Below the pieces are notes generated by a model that saw nothing but the letters and a program-made list of their open reading frames with translations, was not told the DNA's origin and searched no databases. Position numbers and translations under genes: made by a program. DNA of 64,000 bases from positions 1 to 64,000 of the forward strand of contig NW_026250445.1 in the NCBI RefSeq assembly GCF_024521635.1. The letters are read 5' to 3'. The stretch's first letter is position 1. Every line of letters starts with the position of its first letter. The DNA comes from Tricharina praecox (taxonomy: Eukaryota). Shown here in pieces: positions 60,271 to 64,000 of the stretch.

Positions 60271-60982
60271 CGAGCGGGACGGTGTTTGCGTGGTGTGTGT
60301 ACATATGGAACCTGTAAGCTGTAACTAGGCTGTCGCATTGGGAATGGGGGGTGGCGGGCGTTTTCGGAATTTATTACGTAACTACTAGTACTCACTACTT
60401 GGAGCTCTCGAGTCTCAGCTCCTGATCGAACACGGGCAACACAGGCGCTCACATATGATGCCGCTTCGTGCCGGCGACGCTGCGCCGAGCGGTGGGTAGT
60501 CCGGTCCCAGCGGGCCAGCCCAGCCTACGCCCCACGGGCCGTTTCACGTATTTCCGCTGTGTTCCCTCTGGGGTTCCCCTTGGGGCTGTGCCAGTGTGCC
60601 GGTCCCCGGAGGTTCGAGAACTCCCCAGGCCTCAGTCGCCCATGGTCCCCCCTGCCGAAACTTCAGGAGCTGTGTGAAACGAGGTTATCGTGTGTTTCGT
60701 AGTGTTGGTCAGTTTTTGCGCACTTGTGTTGCTCCGCCACTGTCAAGTCAATCCCCCCTTGCATCGTGCGGAGAGCGCCGCTCACCCGTGAATGTGGATT
60801 TTCCCTGAGCCCACGTCTAGAGTGTCATCCTTGTGTCGCTCATTCGCCTCCCATGGAGAGGGTTTAGCTCGTGATTATTGTGCGTGATCGGAGCAGCGCC
60901 AAGCAGTGCTAAAAAAGACTCCATCCGGAGAGAGTCTAGACTCAGATTCCAAACAGCCAACCGAGCAGGTGCAAAAGTAAAG

Positions 60983-61063
60983 CGACGTCGACAGGGTTCG
61001 AACCTGCGCGGGCGAACCCAAGAGATTTCAAGTCTCTCTCCTTAACCACTCGGACACAACGCC
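60983..61063 (-). tRNA. tRNA-Ser(TGA), intronless
   Basis: Minus strand GGCGTTGTGTCCGAGTGGTTAAGGAGAGAGACTTGAAATCTCTTGGGTTCGCCCGCGCAGGTTCGAACCCTGTCGACGTCG: 7-bp acceptor stem, anticodon loop CTTGAAA, long variable arm, GTTCGAA T-loop. Confidence 0.95.
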
Positions 61064-61222
61064 ATACATATTTGTTATCTAATGATAGTCACTCTGACCG
61101 AGTGTGCCAATGGCTGAAAGTTGAGCTTAAGTTCCCCCTTACATCATAACCCATGGGCCACGCTCACATGCGGGGCTCCTCTCCGCCGCCTATTTACCGT
61201 CCGCAACACGCACACAAGCAAG

Positions 61223-61735
61223 ATGAAGTCCCCGACCAGTTACACCGCGCTCCCGACCACCGATGTCGACGCCGCCGCCGCCGACTACGATCCGGCGCCT
61301 GAACAGCGCACCGCCGAGCAGCACGCGCTACAGATAGCATTACGGTACTCCCCCCCTTCGCCTCCACCCCGAACAAACCCCCCTCCCCCTCTCCCCCCCC
61401 CCGCTGACCCACCCACCTACAGCCACGTATACCGAACCAACCTCCCCCTCGTATCCAGCGCAATCCTACACTGGCTGCCAGGCACGCGAGCACCAAGGAC
61501 GGCACTGGACGAGCTGGGCTGCTCAAAGGAGCTGGCGCGGATCGTGCTCGACGCGGGACACAGCCGTGGTGGCGGGGAGGCGCATGGTGGAGGAGGCCGC
61601 CAGCCCGCCCGAGAGGCGCTGAGGGAGATGGCTGAGGAGTTGGATTTCTATGAGGGGAGGTATATGGCTGTCACCGGGGGCGAGGGGGGACAGGGTGGGG
61701 GCGGGAGCGGGAGGTGGGCGAGGTTGGTTAGGTGA
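61223..61735 (+). CDS. Hypothetical protein, about 170 aa
   Basis: ATG after an A/C-rich leader, C-ending codons and a Pro-rich PPTY segment. No recognisable domain. Confidence 0.45.
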   Translation: MKSPTSYTALPTTDVDAAAADYDPAPEQRTAEQHALQIALRYSPPSPPPRTNPPPPLPPPADPPTYSHVYRTNLPLVSSAILHWLPGTRAPRTALDELGCSKELARIVLDAGHSRGGGEAHGGGGRQPAREALREMAEELDFYEGRYMAVTGGEGGQGGGGSGRWARLVR

Positions 61736-63184
61736 GTGTGCCGTGCCGTGGGGTAGAGGGGGGGTAGCAGAGTGAAAGTGCTGACTGGGTGGAAGGGCGG
61801 CTGAGGGAGGGAGAAAGCGGCAGGTTTGAGGTGCGGATCCGGGGATTGCGAGTAGTATTTGGTGATGATGATGGCGAGTGATCGGCGCCGGCTGCAGCCT
61901 GCAATGCTGCTTGGTCGCGCAGGCATAGGGGGACTACTGCTCCCGTTGGCTGAAAGCGAAATGTCTTTAATTGATCACAAGTTTCGGTTTCCGGAAAAAG
62001 TGTTCAAGAGTCATGATTCATCTGGCGATGGCGAGTGATCTGTGAGCTACCGTACCCACTCCATACACCTAATGCGTACATACATGAGGAGCAGTCCCAC
62101 AATGGCAATCCAGGTCAGACCAAGTTCCTTTGACCTTAACCGACCACCATTCATTGCTGCTTCAGTACATCCGCCTTCCCGAACCAATGCCCCAAATGCT
62201 GTCCCTGCAAGCGCAGCAGCGCAGGAGCCGACATCTCGGGAACCAAAAGTGCGCTTACTTCGCATACCTGGCATACCTGGCATACATACCACTGCAAGTG
62301 CAGTGCAGTGCAGATCCCGCCGGCCCGCCTTCCGAGCTCCGCTATCACCCATACCTACTAGTATCTCCGCGTCGCCAATTGAATAATGCATTTACCAAAC
62401 ATCGCCGGTGGTCAGTAGTCAGTGGTCACCGACTCATCATGCATGACGAAGGATCGTCACTCCCAAGTGCCTACGCCGAAGGTCCGAAGCGAGTGATCTC
62501 CTATCAGCACGGGGACTGCCGGTTTGAAATTTGGATGCATTATGCTTCTGTGGGAATGGGTAATTCGCCGGACGAACGAACGAGCGAGCGGGTGATAGAC
62601 CGTGGACGTGAGCGCAGTGACGCAGTTACGCAGTCATCATCGGTACTCGTTGTGCCTGTACCGCGAAGCCGGCCATTAGCCATGCAAAGAAGAAGGTCTT
62701 GGGCTCTTAGGCTCTTAGCTCGGAGCTCGGAGCTGCCAATATCGAATATCGAATATCAAGTACATGAACCAAGTACTTTGTAGGCCACTCGGGTTCGTCA
62801 TCAATTCTCCCTCCAGCCCAGCCCAGCCCGATGTGGGGCCCACAATGCACATTCCCTTTTCGCAGAGACCGCTTCGGTACATCATGATTCCAGATTTATG
62901 ACATGGGTATTTAGAGTACCCAGGGCGGTATGCAGACGAAAGCAGCAGGTCAGATCAATCATCAGATGCGCGTACATATGCAAGGTTGCGCCTTTCGTCG
63001 CCGGAGATCTGCGTGTACCGTAGAAATTGTAGAAGATCGACAGTTGACTTTGGGCTTTGGGCTTTGGGCTTTTAACGCACCTGTTTTAACGTGCGGAGTG
63101 GGGGCGTTCCGATAGGTGGCAGACTCATGGTCTATTGAGTATTACTCGGGTATGTATGTTGCATATGTATGAACCCACCGACGC

Positions 63185-63301
63185 TGATGCGATGCGGTGA
63201 TGCAGTGATGCAGTGATGCAGTGATGCAGTGATGCATGGAATCATGTCTCATGAATTATCGATTACTCGACTTGTCACTTGTCACTTGTCACTTGTCACT
63301 T
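63185..63301. repeat. Short tandem repeats (GATGCAGT)n and (CTTGTCA)n
   Basis: Read directly at about 63198-63235 and 63270-63301. Confidence 0.75.
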
Positions 63302-64000
63302 GCGGACGCCGCGTCGCCGAGGGAATTGTTATTCTGTCCTGTCCGTGGCGTGCCGATTATCCGAACTCTGGAGCTGAGCCTGGCGATTGTCTCAGACTCA
63401 CAGTCACTCAGTGGAATTCTCCAGGAAAATAAACGAAAAGACGGGCTTTGCAGGGTCGGTGGAAAAGTGCAGGCATGGGGGGGGGGGGGGGGGGGTGAGC
63501 GAGTGATGGCTGCGATGAAGTGATGAAGTGATGAAGTGATGAAGCTATTCCCTGCCGAAGGGGGACGGGGGAGGCATGCCTACCATACAACAAGGCTGCA
63601 GATAAACAAACAAGCCTCTTCCCAGCTATCCAGGGAAGCACAAATAGAACAGGATAGAATAGATGGTAGTCAGGCCCGGGCCCGCTCTGCTGGCCATCCC
63701 ATCCCATCCCGTAGCATAAGCCCCCAAACTCCAAAGCCCAGGCACCGCCCACACGGCGCAGGCATACACCATGCAATCCGCAAGGCGAGTCGCGACTACA
63801 CTATGCCATGCTATCCCATGCCATGCCAGCCCGACTCCCGAGTACCCGAAAAACGTGGAAGTCCGAGCCTCTGCGCCCTCGGCATTGTCGACCGTCGTGC
63901 ACGCCACAACCGCGACAACCCAGTCCAGTCCTGTCCGGTCCGTCGCGATGGCCGGTGGGAAAGCTGCAAGTTCCAGGGAACGCATCACGCATGTAGCTCC

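Noticed and set aside
59747..61233. Two neighbouring genes both start ATGAAGTCCCC (MKSP)
   Set aside because: Similarity ends after 11 nt; most likely chance.
1..64000. CRISPR arrays, rRNA or prokaryotic operons
   Set aside because: The sequence is intron-containing fungal DNA. The tandem repeats lack unique spacers and no rRNA-like sequence was recognised.

Overview
Eukaryotic DNA from a filamentous ascomycete fungus, with short GT-AG introns and CTRAC-type branch sites. A Pezizomycete origin is a guess. Gene models were spliced by hand, and the complete spliced models have exon sums divisible by 3. The window holds the 3' end of an ankyrin-SPRY gene and a full-length paralog (about 2,290 aa: signal peptide, multi-TM domain, about 20 ankyrin repeats, SPRY). 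It also encodes a secreted LPMO-like His1 protein with a Cys-rich tail and a secreted knottin-like protein that needs a GC-AG intron and is only partly visible in the ORF track. Other genes are PalH/Rim21, a mitochondrial-targeted charged protein, CAND1, a secreted alkaline phosphatase with Pho4-type and PacC-type promoter sites, a Tc1-like transposase ORF lacking its catalytic Glu, a 1,202-aa Pro-rich protein, a non-canonical Hsp70, a small Cys-rich secreted protein and tRNA-Ser(TGA). Two copies of a ~1.95-kb repeat carry a decayed SNF2-helicase fragment. The best novelty candidates are the LPMO-like protein with Trp at the apparent axial position, the receptor-like TM-ANK-SPRY paralogs, the knottin gene and the SNF2-carrying repeat. 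No database searches were run; family names come from motif recognition.
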